A stretch of DNA of 64,000 bases, from assembly GCA_973895155.1 (NCBI GenBank), contig OZ316898.1, forward strand, positions 14,848,330 through 14,912,329. Reading direction: 5' to 3'. Under the pieces are notes generated by a model. The model was not told the DNA's origin, did not search any database, and saw nothing but the letters and a program-made list of their open reading frames with translations. How positions within the stretch are numbered: position 1 is the stretch's first letter; each line of letters opens with the position of its first letter. This document shows positions 26,238-38,675 of the stretch, in pieces. The position numbers and the translations under genes are program-made. This DNA is from Marsupella aquatica (lineage: Eukaryota > Plantae > Marchantiophyta).

Positions 26238-26979
26238 CCACGCACTTTCGCCAACGCATTTCAGTCACCTTACAGCGTCCTCTTTCTTGGTGTTTAGTGG
26301 TTCCCTTTTGCTCACTTCTTTTTCGATTGGTTTTGTCCACATGGGCCCTCTTTTGTTTGTTCATTTGTACTCTGTTTGGTCCCTTTGTATATAAAAAGTG
26401 TGTATATTTAATCTATATTGCTTTTGTGTGAAAAGATTCATGTGAAGAATAATGTAACTTCTCTACACAAACAACTATACCAAACTAAACCTATCCATGC
26501 TTGGATGTTGACATAAGTAGGTTATGCGCTTTATGGTGCCTAATCGATATGAATAATTTGGACAGTAGTTAAGCTTTGAAAAAATCAATATTGAAAAATC
26601 CATATAAGTATTGTTGTCTCCAGTTTGGGTATAAAGTGGATTTTAAAGGTAATGTTATTGCAATAAAACAAGTTAGCTTGGAAGCAACATATAAAGTGTT
26701 CTCTCAACCCTCTTGAAGGACTAATAACAAGTAAAATGAGAAAGAATGTCAAAAATATAACTAGGGGTGAAATAACATGTGGAAGGTGGGGTGAAATAAA
26801 ACCAGGGTTTCATTGGCTAGGAGAAGCTTTACATTGAACAGGCAAGGATTATTAAGATGTTAACATGTGAAAGGGGCTAGTTATGAAAATATTGTTTTGA
26901 AGTGGTATTTAATGTTAGATTATTGTAATGTAAAGTCTAGAGTATTATAACCTTGTTTAACCTTACAATGTGTCAAACA

Positions 26980-27210
26980 ATACTCCAACCCTTGCATATG
27001 TGTGCACCAATTGACTTAACTTATGACTTATTGATTTTGAAATTACAAATGGGGTAAAATAGTACACCAACCCTTGCAAATGTGTGTACCAGAATATCTG
27101 AACTTCTAACCTTACATTGATTTTGAAGTTACAACTGAGGTCAAATAGTATAGCAACCCTTGGAGATGTGTGTACCAAAATGCCTTAACTTGTAACCTTA
27201 GATTGATCAA
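26980..27210. repeat. Degenerate ~85-bp tandem repeat, 3 copies
   Basis: AACCCTTGSADATGTGTGYACCA at ~26987, 27069 and 27155, each followed by AACTT...ATTGAT. Confidence 0.6.
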
Positions 27211-30200
27211 CACAAATTCTAGTCAACAAAAACATGCAAAGGTATAATAATCACGTACTTTGATCATAGTCACCATGAGAATTTTCAAAAAGTTCTTGTC
27301 TACCCCTTGAGTCATAAATATTCCTTAAATGCATACCAAAAAAGTCCTAAGTGGTAATCTCAAACATTAAATTACTCTATTATTATGAAATCTTTAAAAA
27401 AAACAAGCCTATGCTTTCTATTGACTAACTTTTCATACATTTGAAAAAAATGAAATCAAATGTTTCTCCTCTCCTGAAGGTGTTTCTATATACCTCCTCT
27501 CTTTTCAACATGATCATTATGACTCTACACTCATGATCATTATGACTCTACACTCATGGTTTTTCTTTGTTTTCATTTGCCATTAATGAGATTGATGAGA
27601 ATGTTCTATTTTAACATATATTCATCATTACTATACAAATCATGATGAATAAAGTACATTTTTCCAAACAAAAAGTATACTTGTAGTCTCCCAACAAAAC
27701 AAAACAAATGTTATTAATAGTTTTTGAGTCTATGGGTTTGTTTGCTAGTGATGTCAACTTTTACTTATGCAAAATTGCACATCTCATATTTTTATAGACA
27801 AGTCCAATACATATTGATTACAAACACATTGAGAGACAATGAAGTGTGTGTGATTGCCTAGCTCCTTGTCTCCAAGACACTTCCTTGCTCATCCTTATAA
27901 TGAACAATTTGTCACAAGAACAAGCTCGTTGACAGCTATAGTAAGGAGCTCTAGTGTGGATTACAAAGGGAATTGAAAATAACATGAGAGAGATAAAGAT
28001 GAACAAGAGATGATAATATTATGTACCCCACTATAAGCTCCTTCCAAAATATTTGGCACCACATTTTGGCACCACATTTGACAACACATTTTGGCACATC
28101 ACTGGTTTCTGTCACCAAGAGGAACATGTATGATTGTGGCAACAAATAGTCATGACTATTTGTGTTTTTTTTCTCTTTTTCTATCTTTTAACCTTCTCCC
28201 TCTTCTCCCTCCCTTTTGTTTCCACCCATGCCCGTGCAAGGGAGGGCACAGACAGACTACAAGGGAGATCCTTGTGCTAAGCAAGGGAGGTGCCAAGGGT
28301 TAAGTGGGAGTTTTGGCAGATTTGATGACCAGGAAAAAGAAGTAACAAGAAACAACCAATATTACTTTCACCCAAAACATAAGAAAAATGAGATTTTGGA
28401 GAGATTGAATGTTGTTGATGAGTTTTGATATCATACATGTAAATTATGCCCACTTAATTTTAAAACCAATAAATATAATTCTACCAATATGTCAACAAAT
28501 TGAGCTAGCCCCACATACTATTTTTTATAGATTAATTTGTGATACTTAGAACCTGCCAAGATTAAAGGCCTATCAGATTTTGACTAGTGGGATGTATGGC
28601 TAGGTTGGAAAGAGGCTAAAAAACCTATAGTAACTTATTTTTGCCGAAAGTGACTTCTACCTTTCAAAGTGGCTCAATCTAGCAAATTTGAGCCACCTAG
28701 GAAAATGCAGGACACCTTTATGAAGCAGAGGATGCTAAGACTTTTCTTATGTAAACTTTCTAGACTGACATCTGACCATTCAATCTGCCAAGATTCTAGG
28801 ATAACCTTCAGATTCTGGATAATGTGGTATGTGGCTAGGTGGAAAACTGGTCTAATTTAAAAGACAAAAAGCTATCCATGGGTCTCACGTGGAATAAAAT
28901 AGAAATTCAAATATTAAAAAGGGACAAAAGGCCCTCCATTTTTCAGTGAGGTGAAATTTGGCTGATTTTTGCCACTAAGAAATGCTGGAGCACACACTGA
29001 AAACCGGAAAGAGTTGAGTAGGGTGGCATTTGGTTTCCAATATCTCTTGCCTTAGAAGTCAACTTTTGTACCCGAAATTTACAAGATGAAATGACATCAT
29101 GAGAAACAAGGGAATTTCAGGGGAGGCATAGGGTAACTTGTACAACACCCCCCCCACCCCCCCCCCCCCCCACACACACACACCAACCAAAAACTCCTAT
29201 TTTTTTGAAAGGGTCCTACCTTGGACATTTTATTGAGAAACACCAAAAAGGTGAAGGACAGCACACACAAGACTTGAGAGCAAAATATTCCAGTCACTCC
29301 AAATGGATCTCAACAATCCACGTACACAGATAACATATTTTATTTTCCCCAAATCCAACACGATGGGAGCAGAAGCTCCAGCAAACCAAACAAAAGCCAG
29401 TCCTGGCCTAAGGCAACTGGCTTAAGGCAATGACAACGCAATTCCAATCAGGCAATTCAAAACCATTGCCAGCACAATAGGCCTACCAAGAGATCGATCA
29501 CCTAGACAAGAACAAAAGAATCCAGCCGGATCTTGAATCTGCACACATGGGCACCAATTGTAACATTCCATACATTTGCATACATGCTTAGTGTTTCCTA
29601 TTTTCTGGACATTTGTGTGTCTGGGTATCAGGATTATGTTAGCAAACTCTGAATTATCCCTTTCTTTGTGCATGCCACAAGAAAAGCTTGACAACCCCTT
29701 TGCAATTCCCAACCTGTTGGAACTTTGGGAATCTTAAGCCAAACAACATCTTTGCAGCTCAATGACCAAACGTGTGGACATTTCCAAAGTCTCATGCATT
29801 GCATCAATCAACCTAGTTGCATTGGAGAAAACCCTAAACCCTCACATTCATTCTTGTGTGAACGCTTTGCAATATTCACATACAACTATATGATCACAAT
29901 CAAACGGCACACTTCTGCGCTTAGGGTCTTGAGTGAAGCCTCTAGACCCAGACTCTGGTGCTTATTTGAAGTTGGGAGTATGACTATGGGTGGGAAATGC
30001 GGATTGGAGGCAAGGGTGAACATCCTCAATTAATAATTACGCTAAGAACATCTGTTCAATGACGATGTAGGATCCATCTAGACCCATCTACTTATTTGAG
30101 ATGGAGTACATTTTGGACTTTTGGTTTGATTATGTGTCCATTTTAATTTCTTAATGCCCTTCTTGGTTTTCTCGTTGTATTTGCAAAGCATTATTGGAGA

Positions 30201-30283
30201 AGAAAGCATAGTCAATATTTGGATCACCTCATCATGAATATTCTCCTTACATTAATAAATTATTGAATAACAAATCTCATAGG

Positions 30284-33145
30284 TAGTGGTGGTCCTAGCC
30301 ACCCAGCTCCCTCGACTATCTCAACACTCTTGCCTAAGTGCCCTTGGTACCCAAATGCTACACAAAACTCCTCGAGCAAGCAACTAGGTACCTCTAGCAC
30401 CTATGGTGACAACTCCCATATGAAGTCGCACTTGCTCCCTCTCTCGACCGTTACTCAATGGTCCTCATAGTCTGCACAAGCAACCAAACATCTAGGTAAT
30501 AAGTAACCCGTAGAATCTAGGAACTCCCAGACTGGTGTCTCAACACAAGCTCAACAGACATTGGTAAGTAGGTCAGCAAATAGAATCTCTCGGGCCCACA
30601 CGGTCTTGCCATTTGCCGAGGCCAGAGCTGACACCCAATGTTAATCCATAACCCCCCCCCTCTTTGGGTGCTGCCCCCAGATCATGCTCATGGGCGGCCC
30701 AAATAACTAGCTTGTCCCAAAGCTTGTCCAAAGTTTGTATTAAAATGTCGGGACTAGATTGGCCTCGACTCTAGCAACCAACTCCAAGGTTCTCGCTCAA
30801 CCAAGAGTCTAGGGGCCAATTGCGCTTGGAACCCAACCTCCATGTCTACTCTTCGTTGCCTCCCCAATGCAAGTTCTTGTGGAAAATAGTTGCGGAACTC
30901 GACCACCTTAACACTTAGCTCCGACATCGCTGACTCCGACGCCGAGCTCCCCTATGGTCCAAGCCCAGAACGGCCATTTGGGGGGGACTTAGCCTAGGGG
31001 CACTTGTGGGCAATGGGGCCTGGCACTGGCGAAGGTAACGCGCTAAGCTGGTGACACACACTAAGGACTTGGACTAGCTGAGGGCTGGTCGGGCCAAGAG
31101 GAAAGGGTTGGACTCAAGGTCGACCATCCAGACCCCCAGACAGACTTTGAGTTCTGAGGGCTTGAGTAAGAGCTCATTTTGGGCCCAATGCCAATGGAGT
31201 TCACTCCATGGGCAACAGACGCTTGGGGCACGAGTTATGGCCCAATTCGGATTTGGCTGATCGGGGGTCTTGGGCGACAACAAGATCTAAGGGCCTAGGC
31301 ATGATCACTAGGTTGGCCCGATCACAATGGACTAAGGCACTCTGCTTATGAACACCTAACTAGAAAGTTATGGGCATCGCCACTTGGTGGCACACCTAGA
31401 GGTGCGGGTTGGGGTCCAAGTGGGGGGCCAAAATTTGGGGACCAAAGTAGGTCCACTCAGGGGTGGCAGGTCTCCAAAAGCATATATGAGGGGAGTGGTG
31501 TCTCCCTGGGGGGCTAAGGGCAAGCCGAAGTTGTGAGCCGCGGCAGTCGCGATGCTAAGGGAAAATGTCAAATAAAAACGGCGATAACTTCCCAATGGGA
31601 AGTCCGTTGGAGGCATTCTTGGATGCGTTGGAAAGCTCTCAAGGAGGACTACATCTTTTTGAGTCAGTTGGGTCTAGGGGCACCATGGATTCTTGGGGTT
31701 TGTGGGGACTAGTTTGCCCGCTTGCAAAATCTTGCCGAAATAGCAGCCAAGCCGCGTTCAATCTCCCAACGGAGCTTGCGTTGGGGAGGCAAGGCCAAGT
31801 AGGCATGGAGGATGAGTTCCAAGTGCATTTGGTCCCTAGGCTACCAATGGGCAAGAACCAAGATTGGTTGCTAGAGTCGGGGCCATTTTGGTTCCGATGT
31901 GTTGGGACAAGCTTTAGGACAAGTTACGCTATGTGGGCCATGAGCATGTCTTGCGGGCAGGGTGGTCAGTTGGTGATGGATAGGTACAAGGGAGAACCCG
32001 GGCTGCACCCAAGGAAGGGGTTGTTCTAGACGAACAATGGGTGTCGGCTCTGGTTCCGGCTTATGGCATTGGGAGGACCTATCGCTGACCTACTTACCAA
32101 TGTTTGTTGAGCTTGAGTTATGATGCTAGATGTGGGGGAGATCCAGATCCTACTGGGTTACTTACCAAGACACTTGGTTGCTTGCACAGATAGTGAGGAC
32201 CTTTGAGTAGCGGTTGTGTTAGAGAGCAAGTGCAGAGCCCTTTGTATGAAAGGGGCCACGGACGGTGCAAAGCGCATTAGGTTGCTTGCTCAAGGTATTC
32301 CATGGAGGCGTTTGGGCACGAGGGGCACTTAGGTGAGGGTGTTGGGATTGGTGAGGGTGCTGGGTGGCTAGGTCCACCACTAAAACTAAATTTGACTTGG
32401 CTATTGTTGCGGCAGGATTTGGCAAGCAAGATAGCCCCCACAAACCATGAGAACCAATGGCACCCAACTGAGATCAGGAGAATGTAGTCCTCCTCAAGAG
32501 CTTTCCAAGGCATCTAAGAAATACTCCAATGGACTTCCCGTTAAGAAGTCATCATCATTTTTGTTTGGTGTTTCTTCTTAGTGTCGTGACCGCCGTGGCT
32601 CACGACTTGGGCTTGCCCTTGGCCCCTAGAGAGACACCACTCCCCTCATATATGCTTCTAGAGACTTGCCACCCTGGGACGGGCGCGCTTTGGTCCCCTA
32701 CATTTGGCCCTCAACCTAGACTCAAACTTGCACACATGGGCACGCAACTAACTTGTTATGCCCAACTAACTTTCTAGCTAGACGTCCGTAAGTGGAGTGC
32801 CTTAGCCCGTTGTGATTGGGCCAACCCAGTCCTCATACATAGGCCTTCAAAACCCATTGTCAGTTGGGGGTCTTGGACGGCCCCACTCAGGCTGCGCCGT
32901 ATCTTATTCGCCAAATATTTGTTGCGCAGGAAATAAACTTTGTAAGTTAGCCTTGGGGCCAAGAGCAGCTTCCACTCAAGCCCTCACTCAATTCCGTCTG
33001 GGGGTCTGGATGGTCCACCTTGAGTCCGGTCTTACCCATGATCCAACCAGCTTGAACATGCGAGTCTAAGTCCTTAGTATGCGTCACCAACTTAGCGTCT
33101 TGCTTATGCTAGACAGAGCAATGTCTCGTTGCCCACTAGTCTCCC
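30284..33145. repeat. Two inverted, circularly permuted copies of a ~1.4-kb repeat
   Basis: 30284-30830 is the reverse complement of ~31800-32380, and ~31000-31770 is the reverse complement of ~32390-33145 (e.g. GACCATCCAGACCCCCAGAC vs GTCTGGGGGTCTGGATGGTC). Confidence 0.75.
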
Positions 33146-33149
33146 CATA

Positions 33150-34797
33150 CTTATTGCTTTCAATAGGTTTCTCGGGAAATAATTTTTTGTGCTTTGCGGA
33201 TCCAGAGATCTAGTCCCTTATCCCCTTTTTCTGTTGTTTCTATGGACTTGAGGCCCCCCTCTTCTATAATCATCACACCTCTACAGGAGTGTATACCACT
33301 CTTTCTTCTGCAAAAGGTACACGTCAAAGTGACCCTTTGGGTGGGCCTCTTTTTTGCCATTGCCCATTTTACAGCTTTACGGGAAGCCGTTGTGGCCCAC
33401 CCCCAATGTATCTTCCTCTCCCTTTCAGATGACACCCACATCATTGGTCCACCCGCTGCGGTTACTTCTGCCCTCGCCACCCTTTCCACCCATTTGATGG
33501 GCCTTGGTTTACGGGTTCAGCCTGTGAAGAGCGTGCATGGAGTCCAGGTGGGTTACCCTCTGATCTTGCGCTTCCCCCTGGATTCTTACATCCAGTGAGG
33601 ATCGACCTTTTTACTTTCATCTCTCATGGAGGTAGAGGAGGGAACCCTCCCATTTTAGGGTAATTTGTGTGCGGCGCAATCATCATTACTAGATCTTGTC
33701 CAAGCTGCGTTACTTTTATTTCAGGAGTTTTTATCCTTGGACTCCCTTTGTCTTCAGGAAGACCTTGTTGGGCGTATGCACGCTTTCACCCTCTCTAGCA
33801 TCCTCACCGAGGCACCTGACATGGACCGAGCTTGGATTCTTTCTTCTGGAGGGAAGGGCTCAGGAGGATGGCTTCAGGCCAATCCAATCATTCCTCATCT
33901 GTGGATGTCGTCAACGGAGTTCTCAATAGCCATGCGTCTTTGTATGGGGCTACCCCACCCACTTCTTGTTGGTTTACCTCCTTCTTGCACTTGTGGGAAG
34001 CCTTGTGATGCCATAGGTGTCCATCTTCTTTGGTGCAGTTTGGGGGGTGAAACCATTTTTTCATGGCTCTTTGGTCTGTGTGCAACGGGAGGTGGTGCTC
34101 GAGTTACCTGGTCCTCCATCACAATGATTATGGGTGGATCTTACCATGGTCCGTGAGGGTCAACATACTTTGGCAGATATATGTAGTGGTGGCAAACCCA
34201 TTTCGCCAAGACATCATTGGGACAACGGCAACAAGAATAGGGGTAGCAACATCATGAGCGGCAACAACGAAGGAGGCCAAATATGCTGCACGAGCTTCAT
34301 CTGATAACTTCCTCCCCTTTGCTCTTGAGATATTTGGACGTCTCCATCATCAGTTTGACGGGCTTCTTTGACAAACGGCTTGGGATGTTCATGGTCGGAT
34401 GGGTCCCTCCTGGACCCCCGCTATTTGTTTTGACCATGCACTTTTGCCAACGCATGTCAGTCACCTTACAACGTGCTCAAGCTCGGGCCATCTATCGTCG
34501 ATCTCTGAGAGTGGGTGCTAGTGTGCCTCCGCAACGGCTAGCCCCCCTAGAGGACATTCTAGTCCCACTTGCCGATTTAGTTTCAACACTTGATGTGGAC
34601 CATTAACTTTTTGCCACATTTGCTAGGAATGATGAGGACCTTGGTCCATTTGCATTAGTTTTAGTCCCTCTTTCTTGGGTTTTAGGAGTTTCCTATTGCT
34701 CAATTCTTTTGCATTTGGTTTTGTGTACTTGGGACCTCTTTTGTTTGTTCTTTTGTACTCTGTTTGGCCCTTTTGAGTAAAAAGTTTGTATATAATT
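33150..34797 (+). mobile_element. Degenerate partial copy of the CRE-clade retrotransposon (3' half)
   Basis: Colinear with copy 1 from ~24490 onward (AIAHFTALREA, SLSDDTH, CTCGKPCDAIGVHLLWC). Has a ~430-bp internal deletion at ~33596. Keeps the C-terminus QRMSVTLQRAQARAIYRR...VDH* that copy 1 lost. Confidence 0.92.
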
Positions 34798-35360
34798 TCT
34801 TCCCAATCTAATGTTGTTGGACCATTGACGTCATGGAGACAACCCTATTCTTGAGTTTTTTTTAATACTTGGGATCCTCGTTAAAAAGCTGCAAGGAAAA
34901 TGATTATTTTTTCCTTTGAATGTATATTTTATTGTGGGAATAAAAGCGCAGGAGACTATAGAAGGGGGGCCACCAGGTGGTAAATGTGATCATTTGATTC
35001 TCGTCTAGCAAATGTCTTCCGATCTCTTTATTTGTGCAAGAATCTGGCCAGGTGTCAATCTTGAATCCAACCCAAAAAAGAACTAGATGTTGACATGTAG
35101 TCCCTGTTCCCCACAATCGAGGGAATCAGCAATCTAAACGATGAGGAGCGTCTCCACCAAGGACGTATTTTAGGGTGCCGTGTCTCCTATCAAAGCCTCT
35201 GTTTAGGATGCTATGTTGGCTTTACAGTATTTTCTATACTATAGAACCGTGCCCTAGATAATTACTGTGAGTCATTCTAAAACAATACCCAAAGGGTGTC
35301 CATAATTTGTATTTCCATAAGTTATTGTCACTTATGACACGTAGAAGTAATAAACCTGAC

Positions 35361-36950
35361 CATAAAAATACAAGTTGCTTGAGTAAAGAACTAGGGTTCA
35401 CCCGTTTCTCTCAAAGCTGCTATATGGTGAATGCACATTTCATAAAAATACAAGTTGCTTGAGTAAAGAACTAGGGTTCACCTGTTTCTCTCAAAGCTAT
35501 ATGGTGAATGCACATTTCAGATTTTGTCTTATTCAGATTTTTGTGTCATGTATTTTCATTTCAATCTGCCTTATCAAGGGGCAGCCTTTATATTCTATAC
35601 ATTTTCAATTAATTTTTAGACCCCTTTAGTTTTAGGTATTCTAGAGTGTTTTGAACTTATTTTGGCAGCCCCCTTTCACAATATGTGTTTTCTTAGAGAT
35701 CAAACCAAAGGCTCCACCACCACGAGTGAGAGAAATGATGCTGAATAACATGAATGCATAGCCTTTTAAGTTCTCCTCATGTTTTTCTTTCCTAGGTTTA
35801 TGGTTTTTATTGAAAGTAGTGTCATTCATAAGGCACCTTGAGTTAAGTGCACACATCGTAGCATTGTTTGACTGTACCTTTTCTTGGTCACTGTGCTTTT
35901 CTTGGTAGACACTTTACTTATATAACAACACTTCTATGCTCTCATATTTTATTTACTTTCATATCACTACAAGACAAAAAATAAATTTTGTTCTAGGATG
36001 AGCATGCTATATCAAGAAGACATAAATGAACTTAAATCACGAGTTTCAGAATAAAGTACCTATAAAATTCATTTCACATCCAATATAATCATGTATACAT
36101 AAGAGCATATCATATTTTTAAGAATTTACCAGTATGATATATACAAAAGAGGATATCATATTTTGAGAATTGACTAGTAAAAGTGTCACCTCGAGCATCT
36201 CACTGAGGAGGTGCTGATGCTGGTGGCCCTTAACAAAGTCGGCTGCGGCTTTCTGGTGCTAAAGAGCTCCTGATACTTGAACGCAATATGCAAGGTGCTG
36301 ATGCTGGTGGCCCTTAACAAAGACTGCTGCGGCTTTCTGGTGCTAAAGAGCTCCTGATACTTGAATGCAATATGCTTATGAACCTATATGGTGAAAGCAT
36401 TTTTCAGATTTTGTCTTATTCAAAATTTGTGTTCAGTATTTTGATTTTAATGTGCCTTAACTCCGTGAATCATTTGTATTAATTTGATTTTGAACTAACT
36501 TTTGGACCCCTTTTAATTTTAGTGAACTTAGAGTAAATTGAATGTATTTGACTCTCATAAATGTTTGATCTTTCCTTTGCAATCACTCCTTAGTGAATTA
36601 TCTTTTTTCTCATGAGAGTAGTAATGAGTTTGAACAATGTGCACATTTGGTGTACTTCCTTCCTGGTTTACTTTACAAATTTTATGGTTTTAATTGAGTT
36701 GATTAGCATTACCTACAAGCAAGTGAAAAATCTGTACTTTATGTGCAGAAATGTTTAGTACCTTTGTACTTTCTTCGCATGTGTACTATGTCACTCACTC
36801 TTAATGAACAAATATTAATTTTTTGACATATATTTTACATGTACGTTCTTTTATATTAAAATAAATAAAATGAATTACATATCTCTACAAAACAAAAAAA
36901 AGTCATGTTCCAGGATGAACATGCTATATATGAGGAATAAAATTGATTAT
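35361..36950. repeat. Local duplications: 80-bp and 85-bp tandem pairs and a diverged ~550-bp direct repeat
   Basis: 35361-35518 is a two-copy tandem and 36209-36375 is a two-copy tandem. ~35497-36030 resembles ~36385-36940 (TATATGGTGAA...TTTCAGATTTTGTCTTATTCA...AGGATGARCATGCTATAT). Confidence 0.7.
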
Positions 36951-36959
36951 GTAGAATCA

Positions 36960-37257
36960 CTCGGCTTTGTTGCTTTGGCTTAGTGTAGGATGCGCCTAGA
37001 TGGGCTTCTCTCCCCCCGGTGTCATGTTGCCACCGGACTTCTTTTGTGGGGACCCCTTTGCTCCCTTCAGTGTCCTGGGTGGTGCACTTTTATGCTGTTT
37101 GCATTGGGTTTGGGATGACTCTCGTTTTGGGTCCTACCTCCTTGTTTGTTGGGGTTTCCCTCGTCCCTTGTTGACTCTCCTTCCTTTTCTGGCCCTTTGT
37201 GGCTCTTTCCCTTTTGGCCTGTGGGGTTCATGCGGAATAAACGTATTTAAAAAAAAT
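36960..37257 (+). mobile_element. Retroposed 3' fragment (LINE/SINE-like tail)
   Basis: T/C-rich segment compositionally distinct from its flanks, ending in AATAAA...A8. Confidence 0.35.
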
Positions 37258-38675
37258 GTGTCACCTGGTTGAGATCTTATGAACAAAATCCCCATAATCA
37301 ACAGTTGGGGAAAACCTCTACTTCATGTATAATTGTAACATTGCAAGATATGATGCCTTGACAAATAAGAGCTTCAATTTTATTTGTAGGAGCTAATATT
37401 TCACACAATGCTCTGTGTTAGGAATTGACTTGAGTTCCCAGCTATAGTTAGTCTGACATTACTAAGGTGAGTTAGCCATTGATTATAAGAGTATAAGCTT
37501 CAATAAGGGGCGAGGGTGGGGACTTTTTATGCTCCCTCCTTGCTAAGGAGGGCGAGGCCCAAAGTGCATTAATCAAGGGGAGAGGGGCAGCGTAAGCACT
37601 CCCTTCTCTGGGGAGCTTTTAATGGGGGGAGGCCAAAGCCCTATGCAGGGACGGTGAGTCAAGAATACCAGGTGAGGGCCTGCACGAGGCCCTATGAAGA
37701 ATTAAAGAGGGGGGGGGGAACTCGGGGGCCTCAGTATACAGAGACCCCCATATCACGCTCGACGTTTTGGACCCTTGCACCCCTAACTTATTAAGTAAAA
37801 AAAAATTCCCCTTCCCTATCATACTTATAAGAATTCCAAATCCTAACATTTTGACCCCTAAAAATAGTTAAGTAAAGTTCTCTTGTGAATTAAACACCCC
37901 TTAGTAAGAAAAGAAAAGTTCATTCAAGTGCGCACCTTATTCCGGTTTTCGCCAAGCTTATTTGAACCCTAACGTGGTCCTTTGGCATCCATATCTCATG
38001 AAAAACTGATAGTATATAGTGTTGATGCTTCCACTAAGAATACCAATTCTAGTAGAAGCTTCAACAATATACAATATGAGTTATTCATATTTGCAATCTG
38101 CTATGCTTGTCTCATGTTAAAGGTAGGTACACCAAAAGGGAATTGAGTCAAGAATCTGAATGGTGTGTGTACGTGGCAGAGGGGAATTGAACCCCTGATT
38201 GAGCAAGAAGCTCGAGTATCCAAATCTGCCACCCCCTAGCCTATTCCCCTAACCTATCCCCTGTACATACTAAAACCCCTACAATGACTGTTGATGCATG
38301 CAAATCATTCAACTCTAGACATGGTCTCCAAATAAGTATCCAAAGCTTGTTTATCAACTCGATCTAACACATACACTAAACCAATCCCTTGTTTCATGGT
38401 TAGAGTAACATTAGTCATCACCATCTCTATATCAATCCATTGTAAATCAGTTGTATCATAAGTGAATTCAACTTTGCTTGAGCTTGTTGGCTTATACCAA
38501 TTGAACAAGAACTGACAAATACTCCCTTCGTGTCCATGAGGAGATGTTGGTCTGTCAAGCAAATCAATAGCAGATCTCACTCTAGTCCATTGTCCCTTAA
38601 CTTTGTGTCTCATCATCATAATCCGACCAAGCCAAAATTCTTTCTTGCTTGCACTACTGGCTCTTGAATCCTAGA

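Larger units (their letters stand above)
21629..26410 (+). mobile_element. Near-full-length CRE-clade non-LTR retrotransposon (RT + RLE)
   Basis: Single long ORF. The T-rich 3' UTR, shared with the second copy, ends at ...ATAAAAAGTGTGTATATTTA. Candidate 8-bp TSD ATCTATAT at 21621-21628 and 26411-26418. The 5' boundary is tentative. Confidence 0.8.

Noticed and set aside
23020-26254. Antisense and alternate-frame ORFs over the retrotransposon ORF
   Set aside because: Shadows of a GC-rich coding sequence with no recognisable domains.
29345-29930. Cys-rich decayed reading frame; possible SET or second EDM2-like fragment
   Set aside because: Resemblances are a few residues in different frames. 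It may be a decayed gene, but I cannot assign it.
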